From: Holophagales bacterium
GTDB lineage: Bacteria > Acidobacteriota > Thermoanaerobaculia > Multivoradales > Multivoraceae
Assembly (NCBI GenBank): GCA_009837085.1
Contig: VXUF01000158.1
Coordinates: 666-64,665 of the forward strand
Reading direction: 5' to 3'
DNA: 64,000 nucleotides
Shown here: positions 49,050 to 57,595 of the stretch, piece after piece
How positions within the stretch are numbered: position 1 is the stretch's first letter
How the letters are laid out: every line of letters begins with the position of its first letter
The notes under the pieces: model-generated
The model's input: only the letters and a program-made list of their open reading frames with translations
The model's database searches: none
Told to the model about the DNA's origin: nothing
Made by a program: the position numbers and the translations under genes

Positions 49050-50806
49050 GCAACCACGCCCGGATCGACGCGCTGACCGAAGCCGGCGTTCTCGCCGACA
49101 TCGACCGTTACTTCGCCCGATTGACGATGGACCTCGGCGCCGCCGACGACGTGGCGCTGGCGGCCGCGACGACGAGCGCGCTTCACCGGAACGGCCACGC
49201 CTGCCTCGATCTCGGAAACGCAGGCAAGCCCATCGCCGCGCTCGTGGAGCGGCCGGACTCGGGCCGCCCCGAGGACACGCTGGCCTCCGAACTGCAGGCG
49301 GTCGCACTACCCGGAAAGGCCGCCCTGCTCGAAGCGCTGGCTCGAAGTCCCGTCGTCGCCGCGGACGGCGGCGCAGCAAACAACCGGCCCCTCGTGCTGG
49401 ACGGGGAGCGCCTCTACCTGCACCGCCTGTTCCACGCCGAACGCGAGCTGGCGGCGCGGCTGCGCGTCCTGGCAGCGGACCGGAATCGCCCCAACCAGGC
49501 CGAGTCCACGATCGCGCGGGTCTTCGATGAGGTGGAGGACCGAACGGCCGAGGCGATCGCGGCCCTGCGCATTACCCTGGAACGGCGGTTGTGCATCGTC
49601 ACCGGCGGTCCCGGCACCGGCAAGACGACGCTGGCCGCCAAGCTGATCGCCGCGCTGGTCGACGCCGGCCTGGCCCACCCGCGCCGGATCGGCCTCGCGG
49701 CGCCGACCGGCAAGGCGGCATCACGCATCCAGGAGTCCGTCCGCGGGAAGCTGCGCCCGAGCCTCCTCGACCGGATACCGGGGCTTCGCGAGTTCGCGGC
49801 CGAGGCGTGGACCGTTCACCGCCTGCTGGCAAGCCGGACCAGCCGGATGGACCGACTCGACGCCCTGGTCGTCGACGAGTGCTCGATGGCCGACCTGCAG
49901 TTGATGGTCCGCCTGGCGACCGCCCTGCCGGAGGGTTGCCGCCTCATCCTCCTCGGCGACGCGGACCAGTTGGCCTCGGTGGAACCGGGGTCCGTCTTCA
50001 GCGATCTCTGCAGAGCGGGCGATGCGGGCGCCCTGGCACACTGCGTGACGACCCTGACGAAGAACTACCGCTTCGAGACGCAGTCGGACATCGGCCGGCT
50101 CGCCCGCGCCGTGGTCGGCGGCAACGCCGACCGCGCGCTCGCCGTCCTCCGGGGCGGCGGCGACGCCAGGACCCGGCTCCATCCACTGGAGGGCGAGGCC
50201 GCCTTCGACGCGTTCGCCCGCGAGAGCGCGGGGAAGTGGACCGCCCACATGACGAAGCTCCAGAAGAACCCCATGGGCGCCGATCCGTTCCCCGCCGAGC
50301 GGGTCCTGTGCAGCCACCGGCGAGGCCCCTTCGGCACCGACCGCTTCAACCGCCTGGTCGAGCGCCGTCTGGCCGAAGCAGGGCACCGGACCGGTCACGA
50401 CGAGTTCTACGTCGGGCGCCCGATCATCGTCAGCCGCAACGACCGGCAGACGAACCTCTCGAACGGCGACACCGGCGTCGTCGTTCCCGGCGACTCGGGC
50501 CACCCCCGCGTCTGGTTCCCGGACCTTGACCGCGATGGCGAGCGCTACCTCGTCTCACCCGCGCGCCTGCCGCAGCACGAGAGCTTCTTCGCCCTCACCG
50601 TGCATCGGGCCCAGGGCTCGGAGTACGACGACCTCGTGTTCATTCCGGGCGACGCCGCGTCCCGCGTCAACACGAGGGAACTCTTCTACACGGCGGTGAC
50701 CCGGGCGCGGGAAACCGTAACAGTGATGGCCGGAAGGGACGCCGTCCGCGCCGCCGTCATGCGGACCACCTCCCGCGCCACCGGCCTCCTCGACCGGCTC
50801 CGCTAG
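49046..50806 (+). CDS. recD: Exodeoxyribonuclease V alpha subunit RecD
   Basis: ATG 49046 overlaps the recB stop. Walker A GGPGTGKTT, VVDECSM, LTVHRAQGSEYD. 586 aa. Confidence 0.9.
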   Translation: MSNHARIDALTEAGVLADIDRYFARLTMDLGAADDVALAAATTSALHRNGHACLDLGNAGKPIAALVERPDSGRPEDTLASELQAVALPGKAALLEALARSPVVAADGGAANNRPLVLDGERLYLHRLFHAERELAARLRVLAADRNRPNQAESTIARVFDEVEDRTAEAIAALRITLERRLCIVTGGPGTGKTTLAAKLIAALVDAGLAHPRRIGLAAPTGKAASRIQESVRGKLRPSLLDRIPGLREFAAEAWTVHRLLASRTSRMDRLDALVVDECSMADLQLMVRLATALPEGCRLILLGDADQLASVEPGSVFSDLCRAGDAGALAHCVTTLTKNYRFETQSDIGRLARAVVGGNADRALAVLRGGGDARTRLHPLEGEAAFDAFARESAGKWTAHMTKLQKNPMGADPFPAERVLCSHRRGPFGTDRFNRLVERRLAEAGHRTGHDEFYVGRPIIVSRNDRQTNLSNGDTGVVVPGDSGHPRVWFPDLDRDGERYLVSPARLPQHESFFALTVHRAQGSEYDDLVFIPGDAASRVNTRELFYTAVTRARETVTVMAGRDAVRAAVMRTTSRATGLLDRLR

Positions 50807-50971
50807 CCAGCGGTGCCGGTCCGGCAGAAGCCGCCTGCGGCGGATGCCGGCGGGGACGCCGGCGCACCCAGTGTGACCGGCTCCGCTAGCCAGCGGTGCC
50901 GGTCCGGCAGAAGCCGCCTGCGGCGGATGCCGGCGGGGACGCCGGCGCACCCAGTGTGACCGGCTCCGCTA
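50792..50971. repeat. Perfect tandem duplication of an 83-bp unit (50792..50874, 50875..50957) plus a 14-bp third start (50958..50971)
   Basis: The two units read identically by eye over all 83 positions. Each unit begins with the last 15 nt of recD including its TAG and contains the REP-like double-hairpin core. Confidence 0.9.
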
Positions 50972-50977
50972 ACGACG

Positions 50978-51020
50978 AAACCCCGCCGCGGCCGAAGCCG
51001 GGGCGGGGTTGTCGATTTCA
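50978..51020. terminator. GC-rich hairpin, probable bidirectional terminator between recD and the convergent gene
   Basis: ccccgccgcggc-cgaa-gccggggcgggg (50981..51008) pairs at 11 of 12 stem positions. It is flanked by gaaa on the left and ttgtcgattt on the right. Confidence 0.6.
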
Positions 51021-51040
51021 CGAAGCGACTGCGACGCGAG

Positions 51041-52453
51041 CTACTCGCCGCCGCTGACCGTGCCTTCGCCGGCGTCGCTATCCGCGCCCTGACGCTGCTG
51101 CTGGCGCATGCGGCGGAACAACCGACCCTGCTCCTCCTCGCTCAGCGAGTCCCAGTCGACCCCGAAGCGCTCCTTGATGCTCTTCTTGAAGTCTTCCCGA
51201 TTGAACCGCTGCTGGTTCAGGAAGCCGGTGTTGGAGGGGTTGTACCCGGGCTCGGCGTCGGCGTAGGAGACGAAGCCGAACATCATCTCGGCGGTCGTCG
51301 GGCCGCCGTAGACGACGGTCTTGGTGGGATCCGGGTTCGCCGGATTGTCCGCCGAGTTGTCCCAGGTCATCGTCAGCTCGATCTCGGTACCGGCCGGGAT
51401 CTTCTTGCCGCCCGCCGGATACTTGTAGTGCGTCTGCCAGTTGAAGTCGTACCGCGGCACGTCGAGCAGAACCTCTTCGGTGCCGTCCGGGTACTTCGCC
51501 AGGTAGTGGGCCGACTTGCCCCGCAGGTGCATGTGCGGGGTGTAGCCGAGCAGCAGCGCGTCGCGGTCGAACTTCGCCGTCGTCGTGGCGACGTAGTTCG
51601 AGTCGCCGGGCGGGATCTCGAAGTCGAACTTGCCCATCGACTTGCTCTGCATCACGTGGTCCGGCTCGTAGTCCTTGGGGTAGAAGCGAAGCGCCACCGA
51701 GGAACGGTCCCAGGTGCCGGTGCCCGGCCCAGGCTCCTTGTGGTAGTGCATGTTCCAGCGGATCGTGGTGCCCGGCTTGACCAGGGTGCCGAAGCCGTCG
51801 TGGTGAACCGTCGGGTCGTTGCCCGGGGCGATGCCGCCAAACGGACGCGCGATGATGTGATGTACCACCGGGCCGCCCGGACGGAACTCGACCGCCTTGA
51901 TCCAGCGCGGCTCGGGCAGCATCTCCTCCGTGATCACGGTCTCGAAGTTGACGTACTGGTCGCGGACGTCATCCTCGACGAAGAAGTCCTGGCCCATGTC
52001 CATGACCAGATCCGGCTCGCCGATCGTCCAGCCGTCGCTGCGTTCCCACACCTTGGCAGGCGGCGCATCGGCCGCGTTGCCCATCGGCGCCCCGCCCTTG
52101 GCCCAGGCGATCAGCGTGGCCTTGTGCTCGTCCGACAGCGAGCGCTCGTTCTCGAACACGCCGTGGTGTCGCGGCGCGGCATGCCACGGGGGCATCAGGC
52201 CGGCTTCCACCTGGCGGGCGATCGAGCGCGCCCAGGGCCGCGTCTCCTGGTAGCTGGTGAACGCCATCGGCGCCACCATGCCGCCCAGGTTCGCGCCGTT
52301 CGGGCGGTGACAGACCTGGCACTCCTGCTCCAGGATGTTCTGCACCTCGCCGTAGTAGGTCGGCGTGGCAGTCGGAGCGTCGTTGTTGTTGTTCGCCGCC
52401 GCGAGCGGAGCGGCGAGCGCGAGGATCGTCAGCACAGCGAGTGCCTGCTTCAT
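51041..52453 (-). CDS. Secreted protein with N-terminal heme-c site and copper type II ascorbate-dependent monooxygenase-like (PHM/DBH-like) domain
   Basis: ATG 52453 follows GAGGAG. Signal peptide MKQALAVLTILALAAPLAAA. Single CQVCH. Candidate copper ligands are VVHHII, NMHYH, HMHLRGKS (as the HTHLRG CuM site) and AEMMFG. Confidence 0.6.
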   Translation of the reverse strand: MKQALAVLTILALAAPLAAANNNNDAPTATPTYYGEVQNILEQECQVCHRPNGANLGGMVAPMAFTSYQETRPWARSIARQVEAGLMPPWHAAPRHHGVFENERSLSDEHKATLIAWAKGGAPMGNAADAPPAKVWERSDGWTIGEPDLVMDMGQDFFVEDDVRDQYVNFETVITEEMLPEPRWIKAVEFRPGGPVVHHIIARPFGGIAPGNDPTVHHDGFGTLVKPGTTIRWNMHYHKEPGPGTGTWDRSSVALRFYPKDYEPDHVMQSKSMGKFDFEIPPGDSNYVATTTAKFDRDALLLGYTPHMHLRGKSAHYLAKYPDGTEEVLLDVPRYDFNWQTHYKYPAGGKKIPAGTEIELTMTWDNSADNPANPDPTKTVVYGGPTTAEMMFGFVSYADAEPGYNPSNTGFLNQQRFNREDFKKSIKERFGVDWDSLSEEEQGRLFRRMRQQQRQGADSDAGEGTVSGGE

Positions 52454-52557
52454 GGATCGGATCTCCTCGGGTCGGGTTCGGTTGGGTGCTAGTTGCAACA
52501 CCGTACCACATGAGGCCGGTCGCAACTATGCCTGAGACCCGAGCGCTCCCGCGAGGA

Positions 52558-53796
52558 TCAGGGCACCCGCCTACGCCGCCGAAAGCGGTCTTCACGGTGC
52601 TCCTCGTTCACCAGGATGAGGCGAAGCGCTTCGACCGCGTTCCACACGTCCATGTAGCGCACGTACAGCGGCGCCAGGCCGAACCGCATCAGGTCCGGTC
52701 CACGGAAGTCGCCGACCACGCCTCTGGCGTTCAACGCCTGGACCAGGGCGTCGCCCTCCGGGTGGCGCAGTGAAACCTGGGCGCCTCGTTCGCCGGCGTC
52801 GGCAGGACTCGCCGGGATGACGCCGAACTCGGCGAGACGCTCGGCGGCAAGCCGGTGAAAGAGGTCGCCCAGCGCCTCGCTCTTGCCTCGCAACTCGGCC
52901 ATCTTCACACCCTCGAAGGTCCGCAAGCCGTCCTCGAAGGCCGCCAGCGACAGGATCGGAGGGGTTCCGGTCAGGAATCGGCGCATTCCCGGCGCGGGCC
53001 GGTACCGCGTGTCGAAGTCGAACGGACTGGCATGCCCCATCCAGCCGGTGAGGGGCGACTCCAGGGAGTCCTGAAACTCGCGCGCCACGTAGAGGAACCC
53101 TGGCGCGCCCGGACCGCCGTTCAGGTACTTGTAGCCGCAGCCGACCGCGTACTCGACGCCATCCGCGTTGAGCCGCATGGCGACGGCGCCCGCGCTGTGG
53201 CTGAGGTCCCAGACCAGCGGCACACCGCAAGCGCGCGCCGCGGCGGTCAGAGCCCGCAGGTCGCGCCTCCGTCCGGTGCGAAAGTCCACGTGGGAAACGG
53301 TCGCCACGGCCACCTCGGATCCCAGAGTCGACTCGAAGTCCTCGGGCGCCGTCAGCCGGAGCGTCGTCCCGGACCCTTCGAGAAGATGTGCGAGACCCTG
53401 CGCCATGTAGAGATCGGTCGGGAAGTTACCTTCGTCGGCCAGCACGACGCCGCGGCCCGGCGCCTTCACGACCAGCGCCCCGAGCAGCTTGAACAGGTTG
53501 AGCGAGACGGAGTCGGCCGCGATCACTTCGTCGGCGCCGGCGCCGACCAGTGGTGCGATGCGCGCCCCGATCCGTTCGGGCAACTCCAGCCAGTCGCTCC
53601 TGTTCCAGGCCGCGACCAGATCCGTCCCCCACTCCCGGTCGATCAGCCGCTCGGCGCGGGCCCGCATCGTCCGCGGAGGGGGTCCAAGGGAGTGTCCGCC
53701 GAGGTAGATCAGACCTTCCGGGAGATCGAACAGGTCGCGAAAGCGCGCCAGCGGATCACGGCGGTCCATCTCCGCCGGGTCGCGCTTCGGATCCAT
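52558..53796 (-). CDS. kynU: Kynureninase
   Basis: N-terminus DPLARFRDLFDLPEGLIYLGGHSLGPPP and PLP-lysine region GCGYKYLNGGPGAPGF. 412 aa. Confidence 0.85.
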   Translation of the reverse strand: MDPKRDPAEMDRRDPLARFRDLFDLPEGLIYLGGHSLGPPPRTMRARAERLIDREWGTDLVAAWNRSDWLELPERIGARIAPLVGAGADEVIAADSVSLNLFKLLGALVVKAPGRGVVLADEGNFPTDLYMAQGLAHLLEGSGTTLRLTAPEDFESTLGSEVAVATVSHVDFRTGRRRDLRALTAAARACGVPLVWDLSHSAGAVAMRLNADGVEYAVGCGYKYLNGGPGAPGFLYVAREFQDSLESPLTGWMGHASPFDFDTRYRPAPGMRRFLTGTPPILSLAAFEDGLRTFEGVKMAELRGKSEALGDLFHRLAAERLAEFGVIPASPADAGERGAQVSLRHPEGDALVQALNARGVVGDFRGPDLMRFGLAPLYVRYMDVWNAVEALRLILVNEEHREDRFRRRRRVP

Positions 53797-53873
53797 CGGT
53801 GGAAGTATAGGGAGGCAACAGAGACGGGGCCCTTTTGCTTGTTCACCGGGCAGACTATTCTCCCACCTGAGAG

Positions 53874-55076
53874 ATGCGCGAGCCTTTCGAGCAACTGGCC
53901 TTCGACATTCCCGCCTGCTACGTCGACGGCTACAAGGCAGCCCGGGCGCTGGATCCGGATCTGGCGGAGCGCTACATCCGCTACACGACCGTGGGCGATC
54001 CGCTGGCCGATCGGGCGGTCGAACAACTGGCGGCGATCGTGGAGCCCCAGCACGTTCACCGCACGATCGCCCAGACAGTCGACCACTACCACGATCCGCC
54101 GAAGGACACGCCCGAGGCTCTCCGGGAGCTCATCGAGTCCTCAGCCGTCGTCCCCGACTGGTTCGACCCCGAGATCGCCCTGAAGGCCACGAGAGCCTTC
54201 CTCCGCAACTCGGACATGGTCCTTGGAGGCCTCGTGGGCGGCGCCATCGTCGAGGGCTTTTCCACCCTGATCAGCAAATCGTTCCGCATCCGCAGCCGGA
54301 TCATCCTGAACGGCGTCCGCCGGCTCAAGCAGAACACCCTGCAGTTGACCGAGCAGTTCATGCCGGGCGGTCTGGAGCCTGGCGGCGACGCCTGGAAGCT
54401 GAGCCTGCGCATCCGCCTGGTGCATGCCCAGGCGAGGATGCTGCTCAAGCAGTCGGACGAATGGGACACGCCGGAGCACGGAATGCCGCTCAGCGCGGCC
54501 CACATGCTGCTGGGCGCGGCCGCCTTCTCAGGCCGACTGATGGACCACATCGCGCGCCTGGGCGGTGACTTCAGCCGGGAGGAGAAGGATGCCTACGTCC
54601 ACGTGTGGAGATACACGGGACTCGTCATGGGGATACCCGAAACCATCATGTTCCACGACCACGCCTCGGCGTGCCGCGTCTTCGAGATCGCGGCGACCTG
54701 CGAGCCGCCCCCGGACGACGACGCGATCATCATGGCGAACAGCATCGTCAACAGCGCACCCATCCTGCTCGGGTTCAGGGAGACGAAGGAACGCCGCGAG
54801 ATGGCGGCGTTCATCTACCAGGTTTCGCGGGAGCTGATCGGCAACGACCTGGCGAACTCCTTCAGATTCCCCAAGTCGAGGTTCGTCAAGCAGGTACCCC
54901 TGCTGTTCCTGAGGAACAGAGCGGAGAAGGCGGCCCTGAAACTGCTCCCCCGCCTGTTCGCGAACCGGTCGATGAAGCGGTTCGACGCGTTGCTGGATGC
55001 GTCGGATCTCGGCGAGATCGAGCACTCGTACGCGCTGCCGACGACTCTCCACGACGAGGATTCGCGGGACTGGTAG
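53874..55076 (+). CDS. MpaB/DUF2236-family oxygenase-like protein
   Basis: LSLRIRLVHAQARMLLKQSDEWDTPEHGMPLSAAHML resembles the conserved (R/L)xHAxVR...W...G.P core of DUF2236. 400 aa. The call is from memory of the family. Confidence 0.55.
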   Translation: MREPFEQLAFDIPACYVDGYKAARALDPDLAERYIRYTTVGDPLADRAVEQLAAIVEPQHVHRTIAQTVDHYHDPPKDTPEALRELIESSAVVPDWFDPEIALKATRAFLRNSDMVLGGLVGGAIVEGFSTLISKSFRIRSRIILNGVRRLKQNTLQLTEQFMPGGLEPGGDAWKLSLRIRLVHAQARMLLKQSDEWDTPEHGMPLSAAHMLLGAAAFSGRLMDHIARLGGDFSREEKDAYVHVWRYTGLVMGIPETIMFHDHASACRVFEIAATCEPPPDDDAIIMANSIVNSAPILLGFRETKERREMAAFIYQVSRELIGNDLANSFRFPKSRFVKQVPLLFLRNRAEKAALKLLPRLFANRSMKRFDALLDASDLGEIEHSYALPTTLHDEDSRDW

Positions 55077-55082
55077 CGCGAC

Positions 55083-55997
55083 CTACTCGGCGGCACCCGC
55101 GGCCGGTCGGCCAGCGTCCAGATCGGCGTGCAAGGCGCCGACCAGCGCGGCCACTTCGGGACGGGTCAATTTCGACCCCGGACCCTGCTCCTCGACCCGG
55201 GCCAGCGTGGCCCAGGCGAGGCGAACCGGAAGCGCGGTGAACCCCAGGTACCCGCGCGGTGCTTCCGCTTGCTGCAGGTGAGCCACGTACTCCCCCGCCA
55301 CTTCGAGATCCGCGCGGGCCAGTTCGAAAGCGAGCGTCCGGTCGCGGCCGTCCCGAATGAACGACCTGCCCTCATCCTCGTCGGTCGCCGCATCCTTGAG
55401 GATGTTCACGAGGTGAAGCGCCTCGCCGAACGCGGCCGCGCGCCGCCGGAGCGGCGCCGCCACTTCTTCCAGCGGCGCGCCAAGCAGGAACAGCTCGGTC
55501 AGCATCTCGCCAACGATGCCGGCGACGACGTAGCAGTAGTCCCGCAGCTCGGGGATGCCCTTGAGGCGGAGTTCGCCGTCCCGGTCGGCGCGCCTCACGA
55601 TGTGCGCCATGCCCACGCAGGTGCGGCGAACGTGACGACCCACCACCGACCGGGCCGGCGGATCGAGAGCGCGATACGCGAAAAGCACTTCGTCCGTCGC
55701 CTCGAGCAGCTCCAGGTAGCCTTCGTGAGGCGAAGGCGGCTCGGCGAGCCAGGACGCGACCAGATCTCCTGTCGCGGCGCCTGCCGTCCCGTCCGCGTCG
55801 TTCAGCAGGTCCGCGAATCGGAACAGCGCCTCGACCCGCTGCTCCCGGCTCCAGACCGCCGCGTCCTCGAGCGTGTCGGCGATCCGCAGTAACAGGTAGC
55901 CAAGAGTCACCTGATCCCGCGTCGCGCCCTCGAGTTGGGGAATCGAAAGCGCGAAGGTTCTGCTCGTCTTGACCAGTAGATCTTCGAGGTCTGCCAT
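55083..55997 (-). CDS. Squalene/phytoene synthase family, squalene synthase-like
   Basis: SRTFALSIPQLEG...LLRIADTLEDA (first Asp-rich motif) and LVNILKDAATDEDEG (second). ATG 55997 or 56009. Confidence 0.8.
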   Translation of the reverse strand: MADLEDLLVKTSRTFALSIPQLEGATRDQVTLGYLLLRIADTLEDAAVWSREQRVEALFRFADLLNDADGTAGAATGDLVASWLAEPPSPHEGYLELLEATDEVLFAYRALDPPARSVVGRHVRRTCVGMAHIVRRADRDGELRLKGIPELRDYCYVVAGIVGEMLTELFLLGAPLEEVAAPLRRRAAAFGEALHLVNILKDAATDEDEGRSFIRDGRDRTLAFELARADLEVAGEYVAHLQQAEAPRGYLGFTALPVRLAWATLARVEEQGPGSKLTRPEVAALVGALHADLDAGRPAAGAAE

Positions 55998-56101
55998 GCG
56001 CAGGCGCAAGAGTCTACCGGGGCTGAGACAAGGTGCCCGGCCGTTGCTGCGTGGTATCGTGCCGCCTGTTCCTGCCCAGCGGAGCCACGCCCGAGCGCCT
56101 C

Positions 56102-57595
56102 ATGAACTCCAATGCGATTGCCCCGCTCTCGCTAGTCACGGCTGCGTTTCTGTACCTCGGTTGCTCCCTCGCGCCGCCGCCGGAACCACCCGATCCGGCG
56201 CCGGAACTGCCGGAGGACTTTCAGGAGACCCCCGCCGTCGCCGGCACCCATGAGCCCTTGCAGTGGTGGAGGGCGTTTGCCGATCCGGCGCTCGACCGGA
56301 TCGTCGACTCGGTTCTCGACTCGAGCCTGGACATGGCCGCCGCGGTTGCCCGCGTGGAGCAGGCCAGGGAGAGAGCCCGGATCGCCAGGGCCGCCATCCG
56401 GCCGGTCGTCCAGGGCGGCGCGGGGATCAACGACCTGACCAACCCGACGAACACGGGCTTCGGCGCCCAGATTCAGGAACTCGGGCTGGAGCGGCTCGCT
56501 CCCGGCTTCACCCTGCCGGAGCGGCTCGCGATCACGACCTGGTCCCTGAGCGCGGACTTCTCTTACGAAATGGACTTCTGGGGACGCGCCCGCAGCTCCG
56601 CGCTCGCCGCCGGCGCCGAGTACCTCGCCTCGGAGTCCGACTACGAGACCGCGAAGATCGGAATCCTCGCCGAGACGATCGGCGCCTACTTCGAGATCGT
56701 CGACCTTCGCCGGCGAATCGCGATCAGCCGAAGGATGGTGGATGTCCTCATGGAGCGTGAAGACGTCGCCTCCACTCGTTACGACCGCGGTCTCGCCGAC
56801 TCTTCGATCCTCTATCGCATACGCCAGGACCTGCGGAACACCCAGGCCATCCAGCCGCAGCTCGAGAACGGGCTGGCGAACGCTGAGGGGCGTCTCGCGG
56901 TCCTCCTGGGCGGCTACCGGGACGATCTGGCCGAACTGCTGCCCGAAACGCCGGCGCACGAGACCGCGGCCGATCCCGTTCCGCCGGGGATTCCGGCCGA
57001 CCTGCTCATGCAAAGGCCCGACGTAAGGGCGGCGAGACACCGGCTCGAAGCGGCCGGTTTCCAGGTCGACGCCCGGCGCGCCGAGCTTCTCCCGACCCTC
57101 TCCTTCTCAGGTTCCATCGGGCTCCAGAGTTCCAAGGTAGACAGCCTGTTCAAGGTGGATCAGTGGTTCACCAACCTGGCGTCCAACCTGCTCGCGCCGG
57201 TCTTTCAGGGCGGCCGGCTGCGCAGCAACGTGGTGCTGGCGGAGGCCCGGTTCGGCGAGCTCGCAGCGACCTACGGCCGCACCGTCGTGACCGCCGTCAA
57301 CGAGGTCGAAACGGCTCTGGCCGTGCACGGGAACGAGGGCCGTCGCCACGCCCTGCTCGCCTCCCGCCTGGAAGAGGCCCGAGCGACGGAGAGGCTTCGC
57401 TCCCAGAGGTACGAGGCGGGCATCGGGGGCTACGCCGACTTCCTCGACGCGCTCCTCACCCGACTGAACGTGGAGTCCGCCCTGGCCGGCGCCGAGCGCG
57501 ATCTCGCGCTCTCCCGGCTGACCGTCCACCGCGCCCTGGGAGGCGCCTGGACGCCCGCGGATTCGGTGGGCGAACGAAGCGGGACCGGCACATGA
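56102..57595 (+). CDS. Efflux transporter outer-membrane factor lipoprotein, NodT family
   Basis: ATG 56102 gives MNSNAIAPLSLVTAAFLYLGCS (lipobox). About 500 aa with the two-repeat OMF pattern, ending WTPADS. Confidence 0.85.
   Translation: MNSNAIAPLSLVTAAFLYLGCSLAPPPEPPDPAPELPEDFQETPAVAGTHEPLQWWRAFADPALDRIVDSVLDSSLDMAAAVARVEQARERARIARAAIRPVVQGGAGINDLTNPTNTGFGAQIQELGLERLAPGFTLPERLAITTWSLSADFSYEMDFWGRARSSALAAGAEYLASESDYETAKIGILAETIGAYFEIVDLRRRIAISRRMVDVLMEREDVASTRYDRGLADSSILYRIRQDLRNTQAIQPQLENGLANAEGRLAVLLGGYRDDLAELLPETPAHETAADPVPPGIPADLLMQRPDVRAARHRLEAAGFQVDARRAELLPTLSFSGSIGLQSSKVDSLFKVDQWFTNLASNLLAPVFQGGRLRSNVVLAEARFGELAATYGRTVVTAVNEVETALAVHGNEGRRHALLASRLEEARATERLRSQRYEAGIGGYADFLDALLTRLNVESALAGAERDLALSRLTVHRALGGAWTPADSVGERSGTGT

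Noticed and set aside
42034-49379. Three very long minus-strand ORFs (42034..44772, 45024..47645, 47712..49379)
   Set aside because: They are antisense to recC and recB, which carry diagnostic helicase and nuclease motifs. The ORFs are low-complexity Arg/Gly/Pro-rich translations and are high-GC artefacts.
50792-50971. Possible CRISPR array
   Set aside because: The 83-bp units abut directly with no spacers, there are only about 2.2 copies, and no cas genes are present. It is a tandem duplication.
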